A DNA stretch of 64,000 nt from Candidatus Danuiimicrobium aquiferis (GCA_001804285.1 MHFR01000043.1:22970-86969), one strand, 5' to 3'; counted from the first letter of the stretch, positions 39,901 through 46,995 are shown. Made by a program: numbers and translations. Notes: generated by a model not told the origin, from the letters alone.

Positions 39901-42099
39901 AGTTACTGAAACAGAATTTGACCACAACCCCATATTGTCCCGGAATTTCACCCAGACCGTTTTATTTCCGTCACCCGATGAAAATGTCCATGCCTTCGTA
40001 GTTTTGTATGTTTCGGGTGTTGTCCAATTCGAATTATCCGAAGAAAAACTCATTTGACTGATACCGGATCCCATATCATACGCGTAAAAATTCAGCGTAA
40101 CTGCCGTCTGTGAAATATATTGAGCACCGTTATTGACGCGGAGATAAGAAATCTGAGGAGGAGCTGTATCGAGCCGGATACCGGCCCCATAAGAACTGCT
40201 CATTTTCCCGGCCTTATCATAATAACGGACATACACCACCTTGTATCCGTCTCCGGAAGATAACGTGTAACTTTTGGTTGCTGCAAACGCTTCCGGAGCT
40301 GTCCAATTCGTCTTGTCCGTCGAAAAACTCATCTTGTCTACTCCGGAACCATAATCATAAGCAGATAAATTAAGCATGACATTTGCAGAACCCGTATAAG
40401 AAGCCCCACTATTGATCCGCAATGAACCGAATGGCGCGTACGTATCGAGCCGGACCGAAACGGAAACAGGCGACGACCATTGCCCTGCCTTATCCTGAAA
40501 CTTTGCCCAGACAGTCTTCAGACCGTCACCGGTAGAAAATGTCCATGCGCGAGTCGCGTTATATGTTTCAATGGTTGTCCAATTCAGGTTGTCTGTTGAA
40601 AACATCATCTTATCAATTCCGACTCCGGCATTTTGAATTGAAATATTGAGCGTTACTGCTGTCTGCGTGATATATTGAGCGCCATTATTCACAGTAAGAG
40701 CCGCAACAGGCGGAGTCGTGGCAAGCGTGATCGATTGCGAATAAATCGTGCTTTCATTTCCGGCCTTATCGAAATATTTCACATAAATCGTTTTTTCACC
40801 GTCACCCGCAGGAAGCGTAAAACTTTTTGAGGCCAAATAAACTTCGGAAGTAGTCCAATTTGTTCCATCCGTTGAAAAACTCATCTTATCAAGACCAGTC
40901 CCGGAATCCGTACCGGACAAATTTAGCGTTACAGTCCTTGAGGTCGTATACAATCCGCCGCCATTAATCACAATTGAGCCTGCCGGAGCAATTGTGTCCC
41001 GCAAAACCGTGAAATCAAACGCTTCACTTGAAACCCCATTTTTCCATTTATAACGAACACTAACCGCATTATTTCCTTCCTCGCCAAGCGGAACATCATA
41101 AGACCACGTCTTAGAACTCCCGACAGGAACCGCTTCAAACCCATTGATCAAAACACCGGCACCTTCGGGTTTTATTCCTTCAACACGAAATGCATCCTGA
41201 TTTGAAATCGGAGATGTAACGGAAGTTGTTACGGTCGGTTTAGGCGGAGCAGTGGTGTCTTTGTTGAGTGTAAGTTTAAAGGTATTGTCCGACATATGAT
41301 CGCCATCAATCGTAAAACGGATTGAATCCACTTTATGAATGTCAATCTTGGATGAAAGTAAATCCATCGAAACGGAATAATAAGAAACACTGCTAGCGTC
41401 CACGTCCACTAAATATACTTTCGCGGTATCCCGGTTCGTATCCCGGAATTCGATCTGAACAATCGGTTCCGGTGACTTCATCCCAACCACAAAATGAGCA
41501 AGGTTTGATAAATCAATACCGCCTCCGGCCTGAACTTCGATATGTGTAAGCCAATGGAGAAGCGACCAGTCGCCTGTAAGCTCCCATTCATCCATTGTCA
41601 TCCCGGGCGGAAGAACGGCCGAATTCGAAATCACAATACCGTTCGCAGGATTCGGAATCGTGGAAACATCCGGGACCTGAAGGGTTGCATCGTGCAATAA
41701 TTGAGTATCGCCGGGCGCTGGCTGGATTTCATGATAAACCGTTTGAGTCTCTTGCAAAGCTGCCTGAGTAGTCATTGCCTGAGATTGCGTTTCAACGGGA
41801 TCAGCTTTTGATAAAGGATTTGTATCCGTCAAAAAGTCAATCGTCGTAGAGGGCTGCGAGTCTGTGTTTAACGATAGCCTATCTTCCACTAAATCTGAAA
41901 CCTGTTTTTCAGGTAGCTCAGATTGCTTTTGAGGATTCACGGCCAGTTCGGTTATGCCCGTATAGCCGAGCTGTGTCACATTGAACGTCATAATCAAAAG
42001 AAAAGCGACTATCTTTTGAAAGTGATTAAACCCTTTCGATCCTCTTTGCAACTTCACTAAACTCTCCTCTTTCGAAGAATAGTGATTCATGAAACTCAC
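24961..42099 (-). CDS. Giant 5712-aa secreted multidomain protein, polymorphic-toxin-like
   Basis: N-terminal hydrophobic signal; Ig-like repeats; LamG/DUF1080-like (~37145-37655); glucoamylase/GH144-like (~33590-34830); YD-like repeats; ILEI-like (~29760-30060); C39-like (~28080-28540); Gly/Ala-rich helices; toxin-like C-terminus. Alternative GTG start at 42057. Confidence 0.88.
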   Translation of the reverse strand: MSFMNHYSSKEESLVKLQRGSKGFNHFQKIVAFLLIMTFNVTQLGYTGITELAVNPQKQSELPEKQVSDLVEDRLSLNTDSQPSTTIDFLTDTNPLSKADPVETQSQAMTTQAALQETQTVYHEIQPAPGDTQLLHDATLQVPDVSTIPNPANGIVISNSAVLPPGMTMDEWELTGDWSLLHWLTHIEVQAGGGIDLSNLAHFVVGMKSPEPIVQIEFRDTNRDTAKVYLVDVDASSVSYYSVSMDLLSSKIDIHKVDSIRFTIDGDHMSDNTFKLTLNKDTTAPPKPTVTTSVTSPISNQDAFRVEGIKPEGAGVLINGFEAVPVGSSKTWSYDVPLGEEGNNAVSVRYKWKNGVSSEAFDFTVLRDTIAPAGSIVINGGGLYTTSRTVTLNLSGTDSGTGLDKMSFSTDGTNWTTSEVYLASKSFTLPAGDGEKTIYVKYFDKAGNESTIYSQSITLATTPPVAALTVNNGAQYITQTAVTLNISIQNAGVGIDKMMFSTDNLNWTTIETYNATRAWTFSTGDGLKTVWAKFQDKAGQWSSPVSVSVRLDTYAPFGSLRINSGASYTGSANVMLNLSAYDYGSGVDKMSFSTDKTNWTAPEAFAATKSYTLSSGDGYKVVYVRYYDKAGKMSSSYGAGIRLDTAPPQISYLRVNNGAQYISQTAVTLNFYAYDMGSGISQMSFSSDNSNWTTPETYKTTKAWTFSSGDGNKTVWVKFRDNMGLWSNSVSVTVKLDTVPPVGWIKINNGALYTTSSYVTLNLSAQDSGSGISYVRFSTDNVNWTSSYTYSNSRSYSLPTGDGSKTVWVKFQDKAGTWSNPVSSTIILDTTIPTGSITINNGEIYTSSTVVTLKLTAQDAGSGINKMSFSTNNSTWTTPEAFSATKNFTLPTGDGSKTVYVRYYDKAGKVSTVYSKSIMLDTVPPQGTIAVNNGAQYIKQTNVALNLSATDSGSGLDKMSFSTDNITYSEPEVYSTTKSWDFSGGDGNKTVWVKFLDKASKSSSPVSVTVLLDTVLPTGSVQINNGAFYSNTQTVTLNLSGQDSASGIDKMSFSTDNANWTTPEIYATSKSFSLPAGDGTKTIYVKFFDKAGNASSVTHRAIILDTTAPQGTISVNGGVQYITQTHVTLNVNASDSGSGLDKMSFSTDNANWTTAETYKITKSWDFTVGDGNKTVWVKFLDKSGTWSSPVSVAVFLDTILPTGSVTINAGASYTTSNSVTLNLSAQDSGAGIETMSFSTDNISWTEAETYSSSKNFSFPSGDGTKTVYVQFFDKAGNASTICSNSISLDATSPTGSLEINYGAAYATSTQVTLRLSAADTGSGISKMSFSTNNVSWTASENYTTLRNFTLPSGDGNKTIYVKYFDKAGNESTIYSQSIFLDKTVPTGSVVINHGDVSTTSRTVTLTFAADDGNGAGVSSILYSLDGGSTWSAWQSYVPELSVLLPDGNGEKTVKYKIRDAAGNESSYYEDRITLNMGTDPVLFLDDFNGRTSLGANWTVQSGSFSIGNNNLWQSVAGVPGQIVLANAPSVNNYEIDFDMAIRSWDVDQVGLIFRKQDLQNYYLAVYTRNYSSGYFKFIKVVNGASTVLTQSSTPIISDSLYHHMKVIVNGNQFEMVFDGETRVTAQDGSIQNGTVGIYSQMGSEFFDNFVVKNSGITVSLPVVNPLPQYTTAHLRTISGTKTSGTSIWINGVEKVPSDVQTSWSVEVPLSADGNYTFSIFARDGSGSKSNVVEVSTVRDTIAPSGSVIINNGASKTSSANISLALNVEDETSGLDSVRLSTDGGTNWTAWENFQSTKTLTLSSGEGEKTVLVEVRDHAGLTQTFSDSILLTTATPPAIQFLSSAVTASPDYVLRYTVNGVEKTENWKLHTGENRILVRALDRGLYTYSDFVVTFNGTEPSLPAMPTVPVLSSDLVSMTTEDGLVVKYDQGNLVAIEKTDDYELYLPVFNGDVLTGGLLVFKNGDKLLFEGGHALYKLSSDGATTRYNADNFVTSIVGQDQKIVRFSYQLDPAGKVIGTLMSEQDMTSFYDGAGLPVWFKKTDGTDIRYVNGSLHEYKDNSGNYYLYEINGIYSGVEQTGSRSTLIYVTPAGTSTPLPIGEIQNNLASYPTIKATLESKIPIQIDYDMNHQMTKVISGKEEELALDNGLPESLMDQSKSTMFFTALTNEDGDIENLALSQNGIDQSFNQTGNLNSITLSDGTVLEVNAEKLNEIQAGDGSVLANLTWNGAQLTGYVRTYEDGTVETYQNSTIKTRQDSNGNITTYTSGQPITMKTPDGRTYQISSGINTSGKTERKLDLISIDLDDGRRIEFENGKPIRYIQTKDGQSGIYDVPVLPDGTYYVPSLKLTGAELRAVTIDPAGSVLSGEILFSDGTQYLIENGLLKQQITPSGQMVKFSEEEPEPIVPTTPVPAQPLTEAEQIYRNQLIEKEFEYFTSSASIHALTELPFDNYDAGTHQSSNYSQATLAGFWAEILVAIAKGDYVTSKITREQAFQKLVTLLSSLKVAQQQAGWNGMFSFFTIKETQVPVLDPLGNLTGQTQTVVSYERTFNSIGLGDNLNLSVSLSSVIGALTGLSLDPALSVLRDQIISKSNDILTAQDPGYAQFYNSSKKQFNMAYEFSGTTGSFAGQMDRLFNEFRTGLFWLVARHPEYTPALEKLAITIRPYESSDGLQFNNAVPFDGGAFQMFWPLIYQDETQYSEFNIALRNFLYAQADYVSQQEVPGLLSAGSNPGGDYVGKIGLPEASETDDHLLTDIGSIYGTASAFGLAPHYVLQFLKNIETKFPQVKTAYGYVDSLAIRNVTTVDPVTLQPVTTKQPVYSSRYYGIDQASFLLALLKTSQNYYQNYLTQKNMKNTVDQIYQSFSLGLTPVMENNPTAGNFGITPSILYGGSAAHPDGLSPELIKRPAFVTTVVDPEYGAGQVVNYFTPTGKFHHPEIEFPIDDTNFISMNLQEYLLTSGDPFAGKSLFEDFILDLLDESYSLGTFYTSGYGSARQAITQDPLIGAVRHLQFDLKYLEMPVGIWALYHSFDISKYDFLSVPVRLGKGTPKGTRLKFELKGLGEIFVTDEITEEWTYLNIPKTAPMGALTEIAVSILSPDGGPVAGDIYIGPLSLMKVRSTKSIDWKSLVGKTESEIRMLLIQNAKTQPSGGSAITGEEVLENFSVDADGKLVSGTRKLVDGSVQYFKDGHLTKWIFPNGRTIVYANGLASYIIDLARGKLEEGKFYYDQDLRGNIRQFIVEDNDRRRVFGSDGKLQSINDKGRIINFEDGKIKSIVLSNATLTNLEFASDQKLLSAHVAMSDGSSFDINQGGDQFVQYPDGVKVYYRDTYITAIETPQNGRTEFSYQFDAARKLIGVTATFNGQAKSMIEFIQMAGREVEKSYLLDKSPMEVIPISGIYGFNANPNDLSVATKGSFGDGAAIRYQFQYKTITPDILGMVFSHKDQPIEVSGYDFLGITLMQDSSMTWGQDFELKLKSPELATRYVFEVDNAQNSYKTYVFSLDGKSGEEGETTLEVIRDPAGLSKLGQIYIKNLTYYSVRRTEKPLWETILNITGNEIQSLKIETEMLTAVGADIAQRKAITITDIQSMLDLPTSISYVETGDGKDFGKVKKFVRFDGSQVELENNMIKKVILPDGTVNEYQTNVNETHAEIEGGLANLSDKGSMDYKYGALRKVTQSDGREYEFSYEYDDAGTETTLVKDELSGDVRRFQDGKLLRSDTTQGLKTNYQYANGVLIGAEIAYKNKVLQSSQYHFTDEETQVTDEDGTTWFYDKNGNLIKHITKDGYLYTYSDFQFSSSYPYMWKDDYKRALIDAKDLRAVTLSGFQAADGSQILYGFDKGTKGEIKFANGDHGVNLEFDEELKIKSGQIQFANGMILEIENYLPVRGRLETGELFDVPYPMDYPVAYNPEFVQGADGGYLGFKTYRRVELYKYTGIFRQFAGYAYNKYTYDRQGRLIKVETPQGTTDDITYQTNAAGEAISYSVHRKKQFSYQGVAFPKPIELLTDGGSQRLMDSGKEVARHDGDGFLVAVYKEAEGQWLSFSGTFSSAADRLGLKNFLENIKNGEYMVLAVNDPQMNQIRSDISSLLKDMGARPLTLGDAESSGGKYLLMGNKNFLDGNGHQAANKTDLSSTIESEEEINKPITSDSKWSNNPLIVKTAVSANDAYSAFMVAYQSLKPSEDIQKSAVYGGSNQMMLAERLDGQRSYYQNGRIKEVFNGDGNLVYSYEYVCPVTCNKPEDYLLSKVNMVKARQDLVSDEIEQQHQIEQTKYDALQNLAWQDEVARAQIQENLDSGIAAIDGQISSYESQKYQEIKKCKNFMGFKYGCHVERFEVPGVQDAINQLRSQRTELLQTAETQLSLIPGEVDARKQEIENAIADRLIELGNQKKDIERDILKREVEPVLSDYYRRILGRDPSSAELEYWTDDTLAKYQPNAAGTNTPSVDTTLLYSRLNDPSANSEKTRRLNEKQAIISGVRTFLTNYVTAQSAAKEAMLNQLKLQPGDVVDLDSTDVSEILAWLESRDLHFGQSAYLALKEMLASRGINVAADVLGKELILIDILMGLITRFLTGELVLSAYAMMKVAAIHNDNFSTVQYTYADLLNLYRTVCPSSQTPCSLRIIAHIAKDHYIQITNVTETEVFYREVSKGENGEDLTIDKDQFLETWDVDGKGGYLIVPTEKVMLGKEVSKETALKIQGAFLPFLFFVISFVLTVASAVVSIFSPTWGKILGYAALVAGIIGIVGSVGQWVVNGVKMAYSAVAQQGFFGALKSGFAAIGHQMMQAVHYVGRFFQNAFQFVKNGFSGGFKTLGSGIMKINTYLAHPEIAGAGSASARFSVEQIVSRNIIAASLNYNLSKGFEGFGLNNTFTRLASAFIGFGAVGIGGSTSSFIQSGLQGLMLQGVSEIGLKLDLPPPVTQALSLVGSAALGAYFNPNLTLKAALIDIAPQVTSKLTLGGIEFIGRSMGLNPRIAQLIGLPVSAIVGNLTGRFSDVVIGYRDDGTAIYVSNPYNEESIWSTLKRSILNEATLSGMVSIGSSLIGDALDVNPVLISLGLRGLVGGVQGLTDTLDQRNAGARFLVGMTGGLKDTVEDLVKLGGKHLTLTEKTFYLSQLVTFATQKGSRDIFDFFEEYANDIIGRNTAEAILKSGHNVSEYFKAKRQAKDFTVTTLDNVSVHEYTVGDSKFILTEDETQLLARKFGNHMEKGEYVFDKDGNYLLRNGEVVFTNGSETLHLTIRETEIVQIDMVQSGGNSLTFFGTADQPLVLSKNPEESFKIESGVLRNWDTGETNYYSDGKITAVQDTQFINFTTASAGPVAGAIQMAQYFDPEGMNQGFEIHMDEGLRNEMLDLNQSAINGVMSSIVDHQTAETTSGSSWIEQIQLKQQDLYNGGIEAIHKVRSFLQPGYDALKAQIPILQNDLSLDLLEAFAVGVVDTVLIGTELDDIFNEYGQLKNNWREMSLNEKTMKGLSIGGHAFNEIMRGFQLMSFGLSIRSVGKAVVGTVDNTIDDWVRMILKDPMHPDASKLDDLFRNAEFEAKWINQVDSVHDLKNVANRRLVDYSKARSKIFRRDAVEVNKAYPETYNPKPHKPGFPVTEYVRSGADLTAEGFMRIHGESNTVGTWLMRKTDFEALKLEAQNTNRNFAELLQERLALPTKPTMVSDFVPSPDRAVAIRESTVNPIFSDSPNQTQLEIMLEDEAEREFLKDWFKNTRSL
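37678..40998 (-). repeat. Twelve tandem ~92-aa Ig-like repeats in the giant protein
   Basis: Consensus DTxxPxGSxxINxGAxY...MSFSTDNxNW...GDGxKTVxV..DKAG; a 13th copy lies near 36620-36890. Confidence 0.92.
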
Positions 42100-42138
42100 C
42101 CCCCTATAACAAAGATAAGATTTATTATTTCAAACTGC

Positions 42139-45100
42139 TTAGGCCGATTGCGCAATTAACTGTTTTACTTCAAACCAAGCTGAAATCACCTGATAATCCC
42201 AGAAATAAAGGCCGCCATCCTTCTTAAACTGCATCCCGCCAAATTCCTGAAAAAACCATTGCTGGATCAATTGATCTTTAATCTCGGCGGATTCGTTTCC
42301 AAACCCCTTAAAATTCGCCGATAATTTCTTAAGAAGAAGGAGCGTTAAAAAAATGTCCGGAACAAGCTCTGCGCGATTCACTCGCGAAAATGCTTCATCC
42401 GTCTCAAGGAAAATGACACCCTTCGAATAATCGAGATTCCCTTTTGCATTTAAAAACACACGATCCGGAACCAATATCGAAGCGCCGCTCATCACGCTCT
42501 TTTGGAGCATGCATTGATCGTTTGCTTGTGTCGAGACGAATTTGACAGAGCGTGTGATGTCGGGAACTAATTTTCTTGCTTTGATTTGAAGTTCTCCCGC
42601 CCGAGACCCGGCAATCACAAGCCATGGACGCTCAGGGTGCGCTTCCCCTTTGGCCTGAATTAATCTCAGAACTTCTCCGAAAAGAAACTCGTCTTTCACA
42701 AATATATTCTCATCTGAAATCATCACTTGACCGCCCTGTGATGCAAGGATGGATTTTATATTCGGGCGATCCTTCGCAAATTTCGATATCCCGGAAAACT
42801 GAACCGCTGATATCTCTTCTATTCTTTTCTCGCGAGAAAGCTCTCTCGATATTTCCCATTCATTGCTGCCGATCGCGAAGAAGCCGAAAACAGCGGCTTG
42901 AGCAATCCTGATCCTTAATTCAGAGCGAGACACGCTTTGAGACGCTTGAGATGGATTCAATCCATTAACTCGCACCTTAATCCATCCCGCATCTTCTCCC
43001 GAAATCGGATGAGTTCCGTCACCGTCAGTCAGGTTTGGCGAAATTCGAACACGAATCGTTCGAATATCCGAAACATCAAAACCGGTTCCTTGAAAGGCCG
43101 CTAAATCAGAAGCTTTAATGGTTTTCTTGGAAGGTTCTGAAGTAATCCCGTTAATCGTGATGGTCGCAAGTTTCCGGTTTGTGCCGATGCCGGAATAAAA
43201 TCCAATTTCACAAATTGGGAATTTATCGGAACTGATCTCAATCGCGAAATCTTTTTCAGCCAGATTATAGATTTTCTCACCGCTCGGCCGGCTCGCAAGA
43301 ACACGGGCATCTTTGTAAATCGGGTTCGTGGTTGCCGCAAGATTCACATCCATCAGAAAGTCATCGTCTGAAGGACGGGAAACGGACGTCACGCCAGACA
43401 CTCCCGGAAAATTGAACGCAACAGGATTCGCCCAATCCCCCTCAACTCCCATTAATGTAGAAATAAAATTATATGTAATGATCCAATCTACAACGATTTC
43501 ATTTCCGGCTTGGTCTTGAAAGGTGCGGCTTATCTGGTTATCGCCTTCCACTAACGTAATCGTTTCTGTCCTTTCCTCGTCATCAACGGTATAAATCAGC
43601 GTATAATTTGCGTCATAGCTGACAATGGACGATTGTAAAACAACTACCGGAGGCATCGTATCCAGCGTAATTTGCCAAGTCACTGTTGTTTGCCCTCCCG
43701 ATGCACTTGTAAACGTTCTGGTAATCACATTCTCGCCTTCCTCTAAAGTGAGATTTTCACTTTGCGAAACAGCGTCAACCGTGTAGGTCAATACGTAATC
43801 CGGATTATTTGTAAGAAGAGGAGATGTAACTTCGACAACCGGCGGGATAATCGGAGTCTCAACCCGAGTGATATTGATTGTCTGCGAAGCGCTTAGGAAA
43901 TTATATTGATCTCGCGCGACAATACTAAATGGGTTTTCCCCTATTGCTAAATTAAGATCAATGGACCAAGCCGTTAAACCATTTAGGGCAACAATTTCTA
44001 TATCATTAATCACGATCGCCGTATTTGCAGGCTTAGTGCCTTCCAGTTTGATAGCACTTTCAGAAGTGGAATTTGGATAACTGGAAATAACGGGCTCGTT
44101 AACAACGGGCACTCTTAAAATATCAACTGTTGCAGGTGCGCTTTCGTTCCCTGCCGCGTCCTTCGAACTGATACGAAATGAATTCACTTCCAAACTGAGC
44201 GGAAGTTCTTTAGACCATGTCTCCGACGCATTAACCGGAATAATTTCTGCCCCATTAATCCAAATTGATGAGTTTGCTTCTTTTGTTCCATTTAAGAGAA
44301 GCGTATCAGCTTGAGTAACAGGACCCACAGAATCCACCGCCGGAACAACAGGCGGAGTTGTATCGGGCGGTGTAACAGTGCCTCCACCTCCGCCGCCACC
44401 AGTTGTTGGCACAGATTCACGAGTAATTTCAATTGCTTGAGGTTCACTCAATTGTCCGAATTTATTACGAGCAGCAACTTTAACCGTATTCTTTCCCATT
44501 ACTAAATCAACCGTAACGGGACCCCATGTTGTTTTCTGATCTTGAACTACAACCTCTTGATCATTAATCAAGATAGACATGTTAGCGAGTTTAGCGCCTG
44601 AAAGACCAATCACAGCTTCTGTCGTTTTCTCAGGCGTTTGATTCACTTGCGGTTTAGCAGGCGGTAAAACTGAAACGGTGACGTTAACTTCGTCACTCAT
44701 TTTTCCCGAAGCATTTTTTGCGTTAATCGTAATTTCCGTAACGATTTGAGAAAGTGTGAGTGTATAATCCCATGTGGTTAATTCATTTATTGGAACAATT
44801 TCATTTCCGTCAAGATAGATAGCCGTCCCCGATGCTTTTTCCCCGCTAAGCGTGACATGATCTTCATAAAGCTTAATATCCGTTGATTCAAGCGTTGGAG
44901 CTGGAACAGAAGTCTCTGGCTGTGGATTTTGGACTCCCTGCTGATTTGGGTCATCTGTCGTTCCACCCGGCGTGGGTGTGGTTGGTGTTGTTGGCGTTGT
45001 CGGTGTAGTGGGCGTTACGATCGGTGTGTCTGTAGAATCGACCGGAGAAACGGGCTCGACTCCACACGCCGAAAATAATGCGGATGCTCCTGCAATAAAT

Positions 45101-46995
45101 AACCACATGACTTTGTTAAGAAACGAATAATATTGGAGAGATACGGGCATTGCCGTTTTATTTGATGAACGTTTGCTCTCTAAATTTTCACGGATTTCAG
45201 AGCGCACTACTTGGTTGTTAATAATTTCTGCCGGAACAAATTGAAGATTTCGATTTAAATGGAATTGGCTCGCAAGCGCCGTATAATCAACACCGTCGAG
45301 TAATCGCGGATTTCCCTTGAGAATGTCAGCAACCATACGCGCCTGATGATCGAGTCGAGCGCCCAATAAAGCGGGATCACCCAGGTATGTAGGTTTCGGA
45401 CGAGTAGCGCGTTTCTGTAAAAGACTATTGAGATAATAATCACGCGACTCTTCCTTCCCTTCGAAAGACTGGATATTAGGACGAACGATTACATAGGAAA
45501 CTCTATTTTCTTTGTACCATGCTTTTATCGGATTGGTGTGGAACCCGCCTGCGATAACAACTAAGATCTGATTGCTATTGTTAGAGATGTGTTTCTGAAG
45601 TTCCCTTTTAAATCCTTCTTCGCGGTTAATCGCAAACGCATAGGAATCAAAAGCGGATTTAAATGATTTTTCTAATTTCGTTAAATCTGCTTTAAAACGA
45701 ATAGACGGATGAATTTCTTGAAATGAGTTCGATAAAGAACCGGGGTTTTCTTCGAATATTTGGCGAAGGTATTGATAATCGTCCCGCGTTAAACTAAACG
45801 AATAAAGCCTTTCCAAAGCAAAGATAAATTGAAATACTTCAAACAATTTATTTCCCGAATCACCTTTTATCGCGTTAGACGCCAATAGCTGCGACAAAGA
45901 ATCCAATTCCTGTTCAAGCCGCGGATAATCCAGTTCTTCACGGAGGATGTTCTGTCCTAAAATCTGCGAAACACGTGGGAATTGCTTAAAGAATTCGAAA
46001 TTCGCAGGGATGAAACTTACAAACTCTTCAAGGCTTTGCCTTATACGCTTATCCTGCACCCTGGCAGTCGAAACTGACAACCATTTCTCAAAATCACTTT
46101 GCCAATTGCTGAGTTGATGGGATGAAAGATATTGATTTACCTTTTTCTTTTCTTTCTCAAGCGCAACATTAAATTCATCTCCTCTCGAAATACGATCCAA
46201 TTCCATAAGGCGGGCTAAACGGACAAGCATCGGCCAATCGAATTGAAGCGATAACTCATTTAAATCCTGATCAAGAGCCTTGAGCGCTTCTTTTTTGAGG
46301 AACATAAAATATGAGCCAAGATCTGTCCGTCTGTCTCGATAATCCAACCAATGCTCAATCATTGAATAAGAATGCGAAGGAAGTATCTTACGAATCTGGT
46401 CCTTTAGTTCCGCTCGGAAAAAAACGAGTTCGGCCTTCCATGCTTTCGATCGATCTGCAATCGAGCGAAAATAATCCAAGTCATCACGGTAAAGGCGCGG
46501 ATCTTCAAGGCCATAACCTTTGATCCGTGAGTCATTGTTACGCACCAAAAAGCGTTCCGCGCCTGAGAGCTCCCCGCGATCCACAAGATTTTGAGTGAAA
46601 AAGTCAAGCTCCTTGCCGTCTTTAAACAATCGAAGCCGATTAGCATTGATTTGCCCTGCTGCGCCTTCAACCAAATATGTACGGATGCCGTTTTTGCGAT
46701 TCAGGAATTCCAGAATTGATTCGATATTCCGCTGCGCATATTTGCTCTCATGCGCATCTTCGATATGAATAACAACAGGCCTGCTTTGAATGGCATTATG
46801 AAGCTCAAGTGCTTCCATAACTGAGCCCAATTCTTTTGGAATCGCCGGAGCTTCCCATGAAAAAGACCCGTGGGTTTGCGAAGAATGCAATCCCCTGCTG
46901 AAAGCCCATGCTGTATCATAAAGAAGAAAACTACAGATGACAAAGAACGCTATAATTCTCGAAAATGATCGGTGCGTTTTAAATAATGTATTCAT
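42139..46995 (-). CDS. 1618-aa secreted protein: IEDAH/GGFH N-domain, internal lipoprotein-like Ig cargo, C-terminal domain
   Basis: Signal peptide ending AWA; HIEDAH, VEGA, SGAE, GLED, AGGFH; RSEIR; internal LFSAC lipobox; PTT linker; Ig-like repeats; RSELR; ends LIAQSA. Confidence 0.85.
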   Translation of the reverse strand: MNTLFKTHRSFSRIIAFFVICSFLLYDTAWAFSRGLHSSQTHGSFSWEAPAIPKELGSVMEALELHNAIQSRPVVIHIEDAHESKYAQRNIESILEFLNRKNGIRTYLVEGAAGQINANRLRLFKDGKELDFFTQNLVDRGELSGAERFLVRNNDSRIKGYGLEDPRLYRDDLDYFRSIADRSKAWKAELVFFRAELKDQIRKILPSHSYSMIEHWLDYRDRRTDLGSYFMFLKKEALKALDQDLNELSLQFDWPMLVRLARLMELDRISRGDEFNVALEKEKKKVNQYLSSHQLSNWQSDFEKWLSVSTARVQDKRIRQSLEEFVSFIPANFEFFKQFPRVSQILGQNILREELDYPRLEQELDSLSQLLASNAIKGDSGNKLFEVFQFIFALERLYSFSLTRDDYQYLRQIFEENPGSLSNSFQEIHPSIRFKADLTKLEKSFKSAFDSYAFAINREEGFKRELQKHISNNSNQILVVIAGGFHTNPIKAWYKENRVSYVIVRPNIQSFEGKEESRDYYLNSLLQKRATRPKPTYLGDPALLGARLDHQARMVADILKGNPRLLDGVDYTALASQFHLNRNLQFVPAEIINNQVVRSEIRENLESKRSSNKTAMPVSLQYYSFLNKVMWLFIAGASALFSACGVEPVSPVDSTDTPIVTPTTPTTPTTPTTPTPGGTTDDPNQQGVQNPQPETSVPAPTLESTDIKLYEDHVTLSGEKASGTAIYLDGNEIVPINELTTWDYTLTLSQIVTEITINAKNASGKMSDEVNVTVSVLPPAKPQVNQTPEKTTEAVIGLSGAKLANMSILINDQEVVVQDQKTTWGPVTVDLVMGKNTVKVAARNKFGQLSEPQAIEITRESVPTTGGGGGGGTVTPPDTTPPVVPAVDSVGPVTQADTLLLNGTKEANSSIWINGAEIIPVNASETWSKELPLSLEVNSFRISSKDAAGNESAPATVDILRVPVVNEPVISSYPNSTSESAIKLEGTKPANTAIVINDIEIVALNGLTAWSIDLNLAIGENPFSIVARDQYNFLSASQTINITRVETPIIPPVVEVTSPLLTNNPDYVLTYTVDAVSQSENLTLEEGENVITRTFTSASGGQTTVTWQITLDTMPPVVVLQSSIVSYDANYTLIYTVDDEERTETITLVEGDNQISRTFQDQAGNEIVVDWIITYNFISTLMGVEGDWANPVAFNFPGVSGVTSVSRPSDDDFLMDVNLAATTNPIYKDARVLASRPSGEKIYNLAEKDFAIEISSDKFPICEIGFYSGIGTNRKLATITINGITSEPSKKTIKASDLAAFQGTGFDVSDIRTIRVRISPNLTDGDGTHPISGEDAGWIKVRVNGLNPSQASQSVSRSELRIRIAQAAVFGFFAIGSNEWEISRELSREKRIEEISAVQFSGISKFAKDRPNIKSILASQGGQVMISDENIFVKDEFLFGEVLRLIQAKGEAHPERPWLVIAGSRAGELQIKARKLVPDITRSVKFVSTQANDQCMLQKSVMSGASILVPDRVFLNAKGNLDYSKGVIFLETDEAFSRVNRAELVPDIFLTLLLLKKLSANFKGFGNESAEIKDQLIQQWFFQEFGGMQFKKDGGLYFWDYQVISAWFEVKQLIAQSA

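Noticed and set aside
37678-40998. Template/variable repeat pair of a diversity-generating retroelement
   Set aside because: No reverse transcriptase, and differences are not adenine-specific
44968-45016. Short 9-bp-period tandem repeat
   Set aside because: Degenerate codons for a PTT linker; selected at protein level, not a DNA repeat element
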